Shown: positions 8,801-16,928, counted from the first letter of the stretch. The stretch: 22,748 nucleotides of DNA from a bacterium (GCA_049472355.1 JBLIRP010000065.1:1-22748); one strand, 5' to 3'. The notes: generated by a model from the sequence alone, not told the origin. Program-made: numbers and translations.

Positions 8801-8829
8801 GAGGCGGCATGGGAGGAGGGAATCAATAG
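5809..8829 (+). CDS. Heavy-metal P1B-type ATPase fused to a C-terminal HflK-like SPFH domain
   Basis: SGES actuator loop, CPC (6598-6606), DKTGT (6730-6744), MLTGD, VGDGINDAP; then in frame TM + SGFFIIRPNQLGVVQIFGK...PGLHY..PWPI...TGDENFI...SVHPPIEVADAFRDV...ERLYLETME (HflK). Confidence 0.93.
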   Translation: MEEERISWNYIIFTALIGIFLLLNLFGIFRTLFGVNTAIFLTLIGGYKIFYHAVSELFEKRISVDLAIGIAAIGALAIRQYLAAAEVIFIMLIGEALEMFAVDKTRSAIKNLVALAPKRARVRRDGIELELPLEAIRVGETVICKPGERIPVDGVVVHGASFVDQGPISGESIPVEKQVGSEVYSGTINQHGVLEIRSEKVGEDTLLARIIHLVEDAQEKKAPFQKTADRYAVYFVPTILILAALTLLFSGDWIRAVSVLIIACPCALVLATPTAVVAGIGRLAKEGILVKGGMYLEAVGRIDTLVMDKTGTVTQGRPRIIDIKPQGGYDRKGVLTLAASAESCSEHLLARLIVEKAKEEGIGIKKADTAQVIPGRGVVVGLGRNKVVVGNRKMAEEHGITLSMDQIEDLERIDASGQTPILVADNQKLAGIVSIEDSVRPDAEEAIGSLTGLGVTGIHMLTGDTPRVAKVIAERVGIREVQAGLLPDEKAEHIRRLQSEGRKVAMVGDGINDAPSLAMADVGIAMGGIGTDIAIEAADIILMADDLKKLRETVLIGKRTVRVIKQNILFFAVVFNLLAVAAASFFTFITPVWAAVIHQISSLLVVGNSLRLLSSHRIRQEMRENVVSFLGYLSRDVWGKGGDWIGEHSAGLLRSAVVLCVLIYAVSGFFIIRPNQLGVVQIFGKRRPRTIAPGLHYIPPWPIGRVTKLPRSVDRVEIGFRSRSVREALGDPNRVYQPLVAYEWDIQHRTGAYKDVPDESQTFTGDENFIELDMVVHYTIKDPALYLFRIRGREDADSIIRFTAKSTIIRIIAKKTIDDILTTERNAIEEEAKEGLQAVLDDYGAGIEVEGIYLQSVHPPIEVADAFRDVVNANEEKSRLINLAEAYSREQLPLARGNAFNSLEDAGAYRKELIDKSAGDGKRFLFSAQEFGRYPSVTKERLYLETMEAGLSGIKKFVMDKNRTGGSELTIVTPREFTEFLNALSSGSRNNTGAASRGGGMGGGNQ

Positions 8830-8834
8830 GAATA

Positions 8835-9740
8835 ATGGCGCACAAAAAGGACACAATGTTCAAGACCCTTGCTATCATCATTATCCTGATATTGGGATTG
8901 TTCTGCCTTTTTATCTGCGATGAGACGGAATTCGTCATCGTCACCCTCTTTGGCAAGCCGGTGCGAACCGTGAGCCAACCCGGCATCCATGCCAAGACGT
9001 TCCTGCATAGCACCACCCGCTTCGATAAAAGGCTCCTGATCTATGATCCCACGCCGTCGGAGTTTCTCACCATGGACAAGAAGAATGTGGTGGTGGATTG
9101 CTTTGCCTGCTGGAAGATCATCGATCCCCTTGTATTCTACCAGACTGCAGGGGATATCGAGGGGGCGGAGAGGAGGCTGTACGATATCGTCTATTCGGAG
9201 GTCTCCGCAGTGCTCGGTAAATACGATCTCTCCAGCCTGATCGTGACCGATCCCGAGCAGGGGAGGATCGATCAGCTCATGGCGACCGTTACTGAAAACT
9301 GCCGGGTAAGGGCTGAAAGGGATTTCAGTATCGCCATAAAGGACGTGCAATTGAAGCAGCTCCTTCTGCCGCAGCAGAACAAGCAGAGCGTGTTCGACCG
9401 GATGCGCGCCGAGCGGCAGCGTATTGCCAAGATGTACCGTGCGGAAGGGGAGGAGGAGGCGCTGAAGATCAGGGCCGCCACCGACCGGGAGGTGAAGGCT
9501 ATCCTTTCCGAGGCCTACCGGGAGGCCCAGATCATCAAGGGCGAGGGTGACGCCGAATCGATTCGGATCTATGGTGAGGCTTACAGCCAAAACCCGGGAT
9601 TTTATAAATTGGTCCGCACCTTGGAGGCATACCAGAAATTCCTCGACGAGAAGACCACGGTGGTGCTCTCTTCGGACTCGGAACTCTTGAAATTGATGAC
9701 GGAGGGTGAACGGGCGATCTTTCCCGGCAGCGCCCGCTGA
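8835..9740 (+). CDS. hflC: HflC-like SPFH protein
   Basis: TM + DETEFVIVTLFGKP...PGIHAK...FDKRLLIYD..EFLTMDKKN...VFDRMRAERQRIAKMYRAEGEEEA...GEGDAE..IY.EAY..NPGFY...RTLEAY. Start may be 8856. Confidence 0.9.
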   Translation: MAHKKDTMFKTLAIIIILILGLFCLFICDETEFVIVTLFGKPVRTVSQPGIHAKTFLHSTTRFDKRLLIYDPTPSEFLTMDKKNVVVDCFACWKIIDPLVFYQTAGDIEGAERRLYDIVYSEVSAVLGKYDLSSLIVTDPEQGRIDQLMATVTENCRVRAERDFSIAIKDVQLKQLLLPQQNKQSVFDRMRAERQRIAKMYRAEGEEEALKIRAATDREVKAILSEAYREAQIIKGEGDAESIRIYGEAYSQNPGFYKLVRTLEAYQKFLDEKTTVVLSSDSELLKLMTEGERAIFPGSAR

Positions 9741-9758
9741 TCACCCTGACGGAGAATA

Positions 9759-10727
9759 ATGCGCATGACGAAGACGACGCGAGGTCTTTACGGGCACCTG
9801 CTTGCCTGGGGAAAATATCTCCTGCTTTTGGCGCTCGGCCTCTATCTTCTTTCCGGGCTTTACTTTATCAGAACATTCGAGACGGGGGTCCTCCGATTTT
9901 TCGGCCGCGTGGTCAGCGATCATATCGGGCCCGGGCTCCACTATACCCTCCCGTATCCCTTCACCCGGGTGGACAGGATCAGGCTTCAGGAGAGAAAGCG
10001 CGTTGCCGTGGGATTCGAATTCTCCGATCAGGTGGTGGGCAGGAGATCAAATCCCCTCCAGGGGGAATTCATAAGCGGCGACGAGAATATCCTCAACCTC
10101 GAAATGGTGCTCCAGTATTTCATCATCAGCCCGGTGGAATACCTCCTGAGGGCTGAGAACCCCCAGGCCCTCATTCGCTCCTTTGCAAAGGACAACCTTA
10201 CCCGCGCCGTATCGCACATGCAGGTGGATGAGATCCTAAAAGGGGAGGGAAAGGTGTTCATCCAGTCAAAGGTGCTCCAGCAGACCCAGAGGGATCTGGA
10301 CCGGATCATGAACGATCGTAAGTGGGTTCAGATCACCTCGGTGAACCTGCAAATGGTTTCACCGCCGCTGGAGGTGGCCGATGCGTTCAAGGATGTGGTG
10401 ACGGCCCGTCAGGACAGGGATCGCCTCATCAATGAGGCCGAAGGGTATCGCTACGACAGCCTCCCCAAGGCGCGGGGGAGGGCGGCGGAGTTATTTCACC
10501 TGGCCGAGACATACAAACTGGAGAGGATCAACCAGGCCAAGGGTGATGCGGAGCGGTTTAGGAAAATGGCGGAAGAATTCAACAAAAAGGGAAAGGTTAC
10601 GGCAACCCGCCTCTACCTGGAGACAATGGAGCGCGTCATGGCGAGGATCCAGAAGGTCCTTGTCCAGGATGCGAAGGGCGGGGAGCCCCTGGATCTGAAT
10701 ATCATTGATATTGAGGGAATGCAGTGA
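9759..10727 (+). CDS. hflK: HflK-like SPFH protein
   Basis: TM + ETGVLRFFGR..GPGLHYTLPYP...ISGDENIL...SPPLEVADAFKDV..ARQDRDRLINEAEGY...RLYLETMERV. Confidence 0.9.
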   Translation: MRMTKTTRGLYGHLLAWGKYLLLLALGLYLLSGLYFIRTFETGVLRFFGRVVSDHIGPGLHYTLPYPFTRVDRIRLQERKRVAVGFEFSDQVVGRRSNPLQGEFISGDENILNLEMVLQYFIISPVEYLLRAENPQALIRSFAKDNLTRAVSHMQVDEILKGEGKVFIQSKVLQQTQRDLDRIMNDRKWVQITSVNLQMVSPPLEVADAFKDVVTARQDRDRLINEAEGYRYDSLPKARGRAAELFHLAETYKLERINQAKGDAERFRKMAEEFNKKGKVTATRLYLETMERVMARIQKVLVQDAKGGEPLDLNIIDIEGMQ

Positions 10728-10734
10728 AGGGTGG

Positions 10735-13050
10735 TTACTTGATGCAGACCTTGCGCACCTGCAACAGATCGGTGTCCCCCTTGAACACCTTCATGATGCC
10801 GTCCTGCTTCAGGGTGGTCATCCCCTCTTCGATGGACTTATCCCTGATCACGTCGATGCTCGCCCCGTCCACGATGAGCTGCTTGATCGTATCACTGCCG
10901 TAGAGGAGCTCGTGGATGCCCGTCCGGCCTTTGTAGCCGGTGTTCCCGCACTTCGGACATCCCTTCGGCTTGTACAGGTAAAGATCGTCGGTGTATTTGA
11001 CCCCCATCTTCTTATCGAACCATTCCGCCCCGTATTCATGGACCAACTCGTCATATTCCTCCTTGGTGGGATGATACTTCTCCTTGCAATCCGAGCAGAG
11101 CGTCTTCACCAGACGCTGGGCCAGGATCCCCAGCAGGGCGTTTGCGAAATTGAAGGCATCCATCCCCATGTCGAGCAAACGGACAATGGTTTCAGGTGCG
11201 CTGTTGGTGTGGAGGGTGCTGAACACGAGGTGACCGGTAAGGGACGCCTCGATGCCGATAGAGGCGGTCTCCTTGTCCCTCATCTCACCGACCATGATCA
11301 CATCCGGATCGGCCCTGAGGAAGGAGCGCATGCAGTTGGCAAAGGTCAGCCCGATGGTGCTGTGCACCTGGACCTGGCGAAGTCCGTACTGGGTGATTTC
11401 GACGGGGTCCTCCGCGGTCCATATCTTTCTTTCCGGACGGTTTATGTTGCCCAGTGCGGAGTGCAGGGTGGTGGTCTTTCCTGATCCGGTGGGTCCCACC
11501 ACCAGGACAAGGCCATAGGGTTTGCCGATGATGTCCATCAGATGCTTGAGGTTGTATTCGCTCAGGTTCATCTTGTTCAACGGCAGAGGCTCGCTCGCCG
11601 CCAGGATCCTGAGCACGATGTCCTCATTCCCGCCCACCGTCGGGGTGACCTCGACACGAAGCTCGATGTTTTTCTGGGAATAGTGAAACTTGATCTTGCC
11701 GCTCTGGGGGAGCCGCCGTTCAGCGATATCCAGCCTGGCCATGATTTTCAGCCTGGAGGCCAGGGCCCTTCGATAGTTTGCCGGTATCTCCAGGGCCTTT
11801 CGACACTCGCCGTCGATCCGGTAGCGGACGATGGTCGACTGCTTCCCCTGGTAGGGCTCGACGTGGATATCCGAGGCCCCCATGGTATAGGCATCGCGTA
11901 TGATCTGGTTGGCCAGCTTGATGATGGTGTTATCCGATTCGTCGATCCCCTCCTCAACCTCGTCGCTCTCCGTTTCTTCCTGGATCTCCATATCAAGCTC
12001 CGACACGAGGTCATCGAGTTTGACGGCGGGCCTGCCGTCGCTCGAGGTGACCGACTGAAGAAACTTGAGGATATCCTCGGGGAGGACGCCGACCAGGCGG
12101 ATCTTGATCGAGCCCAGGTATCGCTTTATCTCATCGATCTTGTGTACGTCATGGGGATCGTCCACCATGACCTCTACGATGCCGTCATCCGACCTTTTGA
12201 AGGGAGTCCACTGGTTTTTGACCAGATAGTTGGGGCTGAGTCCGGTGAGAAGGGATCGGTCGATCAGGATCTTGGGGTCGTAATCCATAAAGGGGATGTT
12301 GTAAAATTTCGCCAGGGAGTCCAGGATGTCCTTCTTGTCGATCTTGAACTCCCTTTTCAATATGCCGACGATGTTCTCCTTGGACTTCCTGGATTTCACG
12401 ATGATGGTGTTCAGCTCATTCTCGGTGATCAGATTCTTTTCAACGAGGTAGCCGAACTTGGTGCTGACCTTATTCTGCCGGGATGTCTGGTTGTGGAATG
12501 CGATGCCGAGGGTTTTGGCAATCTCCTTGATGGACGAGATCTCGTAGAGGCTGAATTTGCCCCCGCTCTTTTTGTTGATGAGCTGGACGACGCCCAGCAT
12601 GGTGCCCTGGAACATGATTGCGCATGCCAGCACCTGTCTGGTCCGGTATCCGCTTTGAATATCATATTTTTGATTGAAGCCGAGCTCGGGATCGATCTTT
12701 CGCAGCTCTTCCTTGTCGTATGCGTCGGTGATGTTGACATAGGTTTTCGAACAGGCGGCAAATCCGGAGATACTCTTCTTGTCCATCTTGACCCTGATCT
12801 CACCGATACCGTCACCCACCTTGTATTTGGAAAAGAGCTCGTTCTGCTTGGAATCGACGGCATAGATGGTGATCCGCTCGGCATCGAACAGCTCCAGGAT
12901 TTGTCCCTGCAGTTTGAGGAATATCTCCTCGATGTCCTTGGCGGCGTGGATGGCGTTGGTGATATTGAGGAGCCGCTCCTTGTATGCGAGCTCACTCTCT
13001 AATGCCTTGAGATCTTTATCCTTTTCCTTTGCTCCAAACAAGATGGGCAT
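10735..13050 (-). CDS. GAF-domain-containing PilB/GspE secretion/pilus assembly ATPase
   Basis: N-terminal GAF; ASDIHVEP, LDIAERRLPQSG, Walker A GPTGSGKTT, TAEDPVE, LRADPDVIMVGEMRD, TGHLVFSTLHTN; Zn knuckle CSDC/CPKC. Confidence 0.93.
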   Translation of the reverse strand: MPILFGAKEKDKDLKALESELAYKERLLNITNAIHAAKDIEEIFLKLQGQILELFDAERITIYAVDSKQNELFSKYKVGDGIGEIRVKMDKKSISGFAACSKTYVNITDAYDKEELRKIDPELGFNQKYDIQSGYRTRQVLACAIMFQGTMLGVVQLINKKSGGKFSLYEISSIKEIAKTLGIAFHNQTSRQNKVSTKFGYLVEKNLITENELNTIIVKSRKSKENIVGILKREFKIDKKDILDSLAKFYNIPFMDYDPKILIDRSLLTGLSPNYLVKNQWTPFKRSDDGIVEVMVDDPHDVHKIDEIKRYLGSIKIRLVGVLPEDILKFLQSVTSSDGRPAVKLDDLVSELDMEIQEETESDEVEEGIDESDNTIIKLANQIIRDAYTMGASDIHVEPYQGKQSTIVRYRIDGECRKALEIPANYRRALASRLKIMARLDIAERRLPQSGKIKFHYSQKNIELRVEVTPTVGGNEDIVLRILAASEPLPLNKMNLSEYNLKHLMDIIGKPYGLVLVVGPTGSGKTTTLHSALGNINRPERKIWTAEDPVEITQYGLRQVQVHSTIGLTFANCMRSFLRADPDVIMVGEMRDKETASIGIEASLTGHLVFSTLHTNSAPETIVRLLDMGMDAFNFANALLGILAQRLVKTLCSDCKEKYHPTKEEYDELVHEYGAEWFDKKMGVKYTDDLYLYKPKGCPKCGNTGYKGRTGIHELLYGSDTIKQLIVDGASIDVIRDKSIEEGMTTLKQDGIMKVFKGDTDLLQVRKVCIK

Positions 13051-13417
13051 AATTCCGCTCTCAATACATTGGTAGTGTCATGTGCATTCGTAACCATGCA
13101 GGATTTTGGCGAGACGGACATCGCCCCTCAATTGATGAATGCCCGGCAGCATGGTGTCCGTATGAGCGATTGCCAATGCCAATGGTCCGAGAATCCTTTT
13201 CCGGTTCCGTAATGGGGTTGTTGGCCAAAACCCTTTTTGTGCATACGACTTCACTATACTATTTTATCGACAATCGATGGGTAAAGCAATGGTTTTCAGA
13301 ATTAATTCAATGATATATTTGATGTTATCGAGGTGGTTTCGGCTACTCGTGGGCATGGAAGGAATGAAGGCGCCGCAACCATCGAGCCGTTGCCAAAACG
13401 GCTTGATTGGAAATGCT

Positions 13418-15385
13418 TTATTGACATATCAGCCTGAGAAGGATATCGACGATCCGTTTATCATATTTGCCCTGCTGGGCTGAACGTTCGATTTCCTTCA
13501 GGGCCGCATCCCGTTCCCAGGGTTCCCGGTACGGTCTGGTGGAGGTGAGTGCGTTATAGGCGTCGGTAACCGATACGATTCGTGCCTCGATCGGGATTTC
13601 CTCCCCGCTTTTCCCTTCGGGGTATCCGCAGCCATTATAAAACTCATGATGATACTTCACGATGTTAAGGATGGTGTCATCATCGTATCCACGGATCTGG
13701 AGGGTCATTATTCCCTCGAGGGGATGTTTCATGATCTCCTCGAATTCGGTGCTGCTCAGATTCCCTTCCTGATTGAGGAGATAGTGGGGCACCTTTTCCT
13801 TCCCTATATCGTGGAGACAGGCGCCGATGGCGATTTTCTCCCTTCTTGATTCAGGCAGGTCGAGCTCGGTGGCGATCGCGAATGCAAGCAGGGCGGACAC
13901 CTTTGATCCCCCGACGCTCCCGTCGATCACCTCCACCGGGAGTATGGAATTTTCAAGATCTTCAATGACTGCTTCAACGTGTTTGAATCGATCAAAGAGG
14001 TGTGCGGGGATCTTGTTCCGATCCTCCAGCGGATTCTTGAGTCTCCCGATTTCGTAAACGGTTATCCGTTCACTGCCTCCCTTCATTGATACCTTTTCGT
14101 AGCCATCCTGCTTCATGACGACCTCGGTATAGGCAGTCTTGATCCGGGAATTATCGGGATCGAGATCCAGCGCCTTGCCAAGGAATTCCTTGGCCTTGCT
14201 CATATCATAAATGGCATGGTAGAGGCGGCCTATGGAGAAAAGGAGGTCCGCATCCAGGGGTTTTTCTCGTGCCTTTTGCATCAATGCATTGATCTTTCTT
14301 TTGATGTGGGCGTGCCGGGTGTTATTCCTCTTTATCTCGAAGGAGTTCACCACCCTGGAATCCACGTATGAAGACACCGCTTGATGGGTGTTCTCATCAA
14401 CCAGGATACCGTTGGGCGGGCAGAGTTCCTGCAACCTGCCGGCACGGTTGACGAGATTTCCCACGGCCGTATACCTGTTCCTTTTCTGGCCGATCAGCGC
14501 GGTAATCGCCTGTCCTGTGGCTATGCCGATCCTTAGACTCCAGGGTTGGTCGAGATCACTGAGACCTTCCTGCACCTTGATGGCCGCCGCCACCGAATGC
14601 AGGGCGTGGAGTTTGTAATTGATCGGTGCCCCAAACTCGCATACGATCTTGTCTGCGAGGTACGCATCGATGTGACCCTTGAATGTGTGGATAACAGGCT
14701 CAATCTGTCCGTAGATCCGGTTCAGTTCATTGATCACGATCTCCGGGCGGTAGGTGTCGGAAAAATCGCTGAACTCAACCAGATCGGCGAAGAAGACGCT
14801 GATGCGCGACCGTTCGATGTTCAACCGATTCTCGATGATCAACCGAGCCACATTGGTATCCATGATCGAATAGAGTGTTTTTTCCAGCCGTCCCTTCAGG
14901 TGGCTCACCATGACGTTTTTTTCCAGGAGCTGTTCCGTCTTGTACGCGAAATTCTCGTTCTCATCCTCGCGTGTTTTGTACAATGTTTCCAGCTCTGCCC
15001 CGGAAATCCGGATACGCTCATTGAGGTTTTGGATGTGCATGGTCTGGTGATGCAGTGTCTCATTGAAATGCCCGGTGACGAACCCGGCAAGCATCAAGAA
15101 ACCACCCCAGGTGGAAAAGCGCAGGCCGATTTCGATTGCATTCCTCCCGGTGAAGGGGGACTGGGCGGAGGCAAGGGCGAGAATGCCGATCACCACCACG
15201 GCGGCGATTCCTCCGAGGAGCGAGCACCGCTTTCCCATAAGGTACCCTGCAAGGAGTATGGGAATATAGAAGAGATTGAGAAAATCCGTTTTATTGGGTG
15301 CAATCCAGTATATAAGCAGGACGAGGATAAAGCTTATACCCACGAGGATTTCTTTATACCGTCTATATTCACTGATGCTTCTCAT
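13418..15385 (-). CDS. Membrane-anchored class III nucleotidyl cyclase-TPR-HD-GYP hybrid protein
   Basis: Four N-terminal hydrophobic segments, coiled coil, cyclase (VFFADL, YLADKIVCEFGAP, LRIGIATG, YTAVGNLVNRAGRL), TPR (LFSIGRLY...AKEFLGKALDLDPDN), HD-GYP (LHDIGK, HHEFYNGCGYP, RPYR). Confidence 0.9.
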   Translation of the reverse strand: MRSISEYRRYKEILVGISFILVLLIYWIAPNKTDFLNLFYIPILLAGYLMGKRCSLLGGIAAVVVIGILALASAQSPFTGRNAIEIGLRFSTWGGFLMLAGFVTGHFNETLHHQTMHIQNLNERIRISGAELETLYKTREDENENFAYKTEQLLEKNVMVSHLKGRLEKTLYSIMDTNVARLIIENRLNIERSRISVFFADLVEFSDFSDTYRPEIVINELNRIYGQIEPVIHTFKGHIDAYLADKIVCEFGAPINYKLHALHSVAAAIKVQEGLSDLDQPWSLRIGIATGQAITALIGQKRNRYTAVGNLVNRAGRLQELCPPNGILVDENTHQAVSSYVDSRVVNSFEIKRNNTRHAHIKRKINALMQKAREKPLDADLLFSIGRLYHAIYDMSKAKEFLGKALDLDPDNSRIKTAYTEVVMKQDGYEKVSMKGGSERITVYEIGRLKNPLEDRNKIPAHLFDRFKHVEAVIEDLENSILPVEVIDGSVGGSKVSALLAFAIATELDLPESRREKIAIGACLHDIGKEKVPHYLLNQEGNLSSTEFEEIMKHPLEGIMTLQIRGYDDDTILNIVKYHHEFYNGCGYPEGKSGEEIPIEARIVSVTDAYNALTSTRPYREPWERDAALKEIERSAQQGKYDKRIVDILLRLICQ

Positions 15386-15558
15386 GGTTGTCGTGATGCC
15401 GTCTTTACGAAAATGGATACGTCCTTATACGGAATGTGCAAAATGATCCGGTTGTACATATCATTATTCGGATGTTTTTAAAAAAATGTTGTTACTGTAT
15501 GTATCCGATTGCGTGGTGTGAGGAGTCGGGGAGTGGTCGCATCCATGCCCGGAGGGGC

Positions 15559-16548
15559 TTAGGCGTGATTTCTCAACCTGAGCTCCAATGGATGCGGGTA
15601 AAGGTAGTATTGCATCTTCAGGTAGGGTTGATCATATTTTCTCACGTAGTGTCCCATGAGGGTGACAGGAACGATCAGGGGGATGTCGCCGTTGCGATAC
15701 TGTTCGATAACCTCGATCATTTCCCTTTTTTCGTCCGGGGAGAGATCGGCCCTGAAGAATCCCAGCATGTGCTGGAGCACATTGGCATTCTTCTTGACCG
15801 TAGTCTTCAGACTGAGGGCCTCCATAAGGAGGGATTGATATCGCTCGAAGAGCTCACCCGGGGGGATGTCCTTGGCATGCGCCACAAGTTTCCCCATGGT
15901 GCGATAATGGGATGGGCTGTGCGAGAGTATGAGCAACTTGTGCCTGGTATGAAAATCAACCAGATGTCCCAGGTGTTTTTTCATCGTGAGTTCCCGCCAT
16001 CTTTTCAGGGCAAAGACGCGCTCGATGAAATTTTCGCGCAGGACCGGGTCATGGAGCCTCCCCTCCTCCTCCACCGGTATCAAGGGGAAGTGTGTCATGA
16101 AGGCCCGGGCGAAGATGCCGGTCCCCTTTTTCACCGGCATCCCCTTCTCATTGTAAACCTTTACCCGCTCCATGCCGCTGCTCGGTGAATCGCTCTTGAA
16201 AATGAAGCCGCACAGGTCCTCCCTCTCAAGTTCAGCGGTACGTTGCCGGGACCAATCGAGCATGCGCTCAGTGGAATCGATTTTGGTGCGGATGGTGATC
16301 AGCCGGGGTTTTGCAGGATCCCCGACCAGCCGGAACGGTTCACGCGGAATACCGAAGCCGCATTCCACCTCGGGACATACCGGCATGTATTCCACATACG
16401 TTCCCAGGGTATCGGTGAGGAAGCGATCCAGTTTATGGCCCCCGTCGTACCGGACCCGTTCTCCCAGGAGGCAGGTGCTTATCCCCAGTTTTATGGGTGA
16501 CGAAAAGGGCGGGCAGTGGTAACACCCCTGATAGGACTCATTGGTCAT
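15559..16548 (-). CDS. YbgA-family protein (DUF523/TudS-like + DUF1722)
   Basis: GISTCLLGERVRYDGGHK, PVCPEV, SPSSG, PVEEEGRL...RENFIERVF, FHTRHKLLILSH, NVLQHMLGFF, YLYPHPLELRLRNH. Confidence 0.9.
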   Translation of the reverse strand: MTNESYQGCYHCPPFSSPIKLGISTCLLGERVRYDGGHKLDRFLTDTLGTYVEYMPVCPEVECGFGIPREPFRLVGDPAKPRLITIRTKIDSTERMLDWSRQRTAELEREDLCGFIFKSDSPSSGMERVKVYNEKGMPVKKGTGIFARAFMTHFPLIPVEEEGRLHDPVLRENFIERVFALKRWRELTMKKHLGHLVDFHTRHKLLILSHSPSHYRTMGKLVAHAKDIPPGELFERYQSLLMEALSLKTTVKKNANVLQHMLGFFRADLSPDEKREMIEVIEQYRNGDIPLIVPVTLMGHYVRKYDQPYLKMQYYLYPHPLELRLRNHA

Positions 16549-16928
16549 GGTTCGGTTTCATCCCCGGCCCCGATAAGGGGAAGCATCTTGTCAACCGTGA
16601 AAAATACCAGGTAGCGGGCGGTGTCGTCCCTTCCATAGCTTTTTCTGCGTATCGAATACAGGAGTTCCGAATCCTTTTCCTCCCTGACCTTGGTCAAAAA
16701 CATCCTCCTCCCCGCCGGTTTCTCCCCCGATTCCATGAAAAGATAGGCTGCATGGGGATTCGTCTGGAGATTATGATGGGTCAAGCGGTCAGGCATGATG
16801 AAGGCGACGGTGCCGTCATCCATGATATGGGGGGTCGCATAGACGGCAATATCAACCAGCCCGTTTGCATCCGCTGTGGCCAGTACGCCGTGACCGGAAA
16901 CGCTATCAAAGTATTCTTTAAGATTCAT
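16545..16928 (-). CDS. Pyridoxamine 5'-phosphate oxidase-like (FMN-binding split barrel) protein
   Basis: GVLATADANG.VDIAVYATPH...THHNLQTNPHAAYLF; GGGAGGG RBS; overlaps the ybgA-like start. Confidence 0.85.
   Translation of the reverse strand: MNLKEYFDSVSGHGVLATADANGLVDIAVYATPHIMDDGTVAFIMPDRLTHHNLQTNPHAAYLFMESGEKPAGRRMFLTKVREEKDSELLYSIRRKSYGRDDTARYLVFFTVDKMLPLIGAGDETEP

Noticed and set aside
11542..13002. 486-aa plus-strand ORF (also 470-1312, 10705-11484, 14546-15481, 15436-16188, 17428-18261, 21222-22031)
   Set aside because: Antisense shadows of well-supported genes, expected in GC-rich DNA.
13374..13390. Sigma54 promoter for the pilB-like gene (minus strand CGGCTCG-N4-TTGCG)
   Set aside because: GG-N10-GC spacing fits, but there are several mismatches and it lies over 300 bp from the start.
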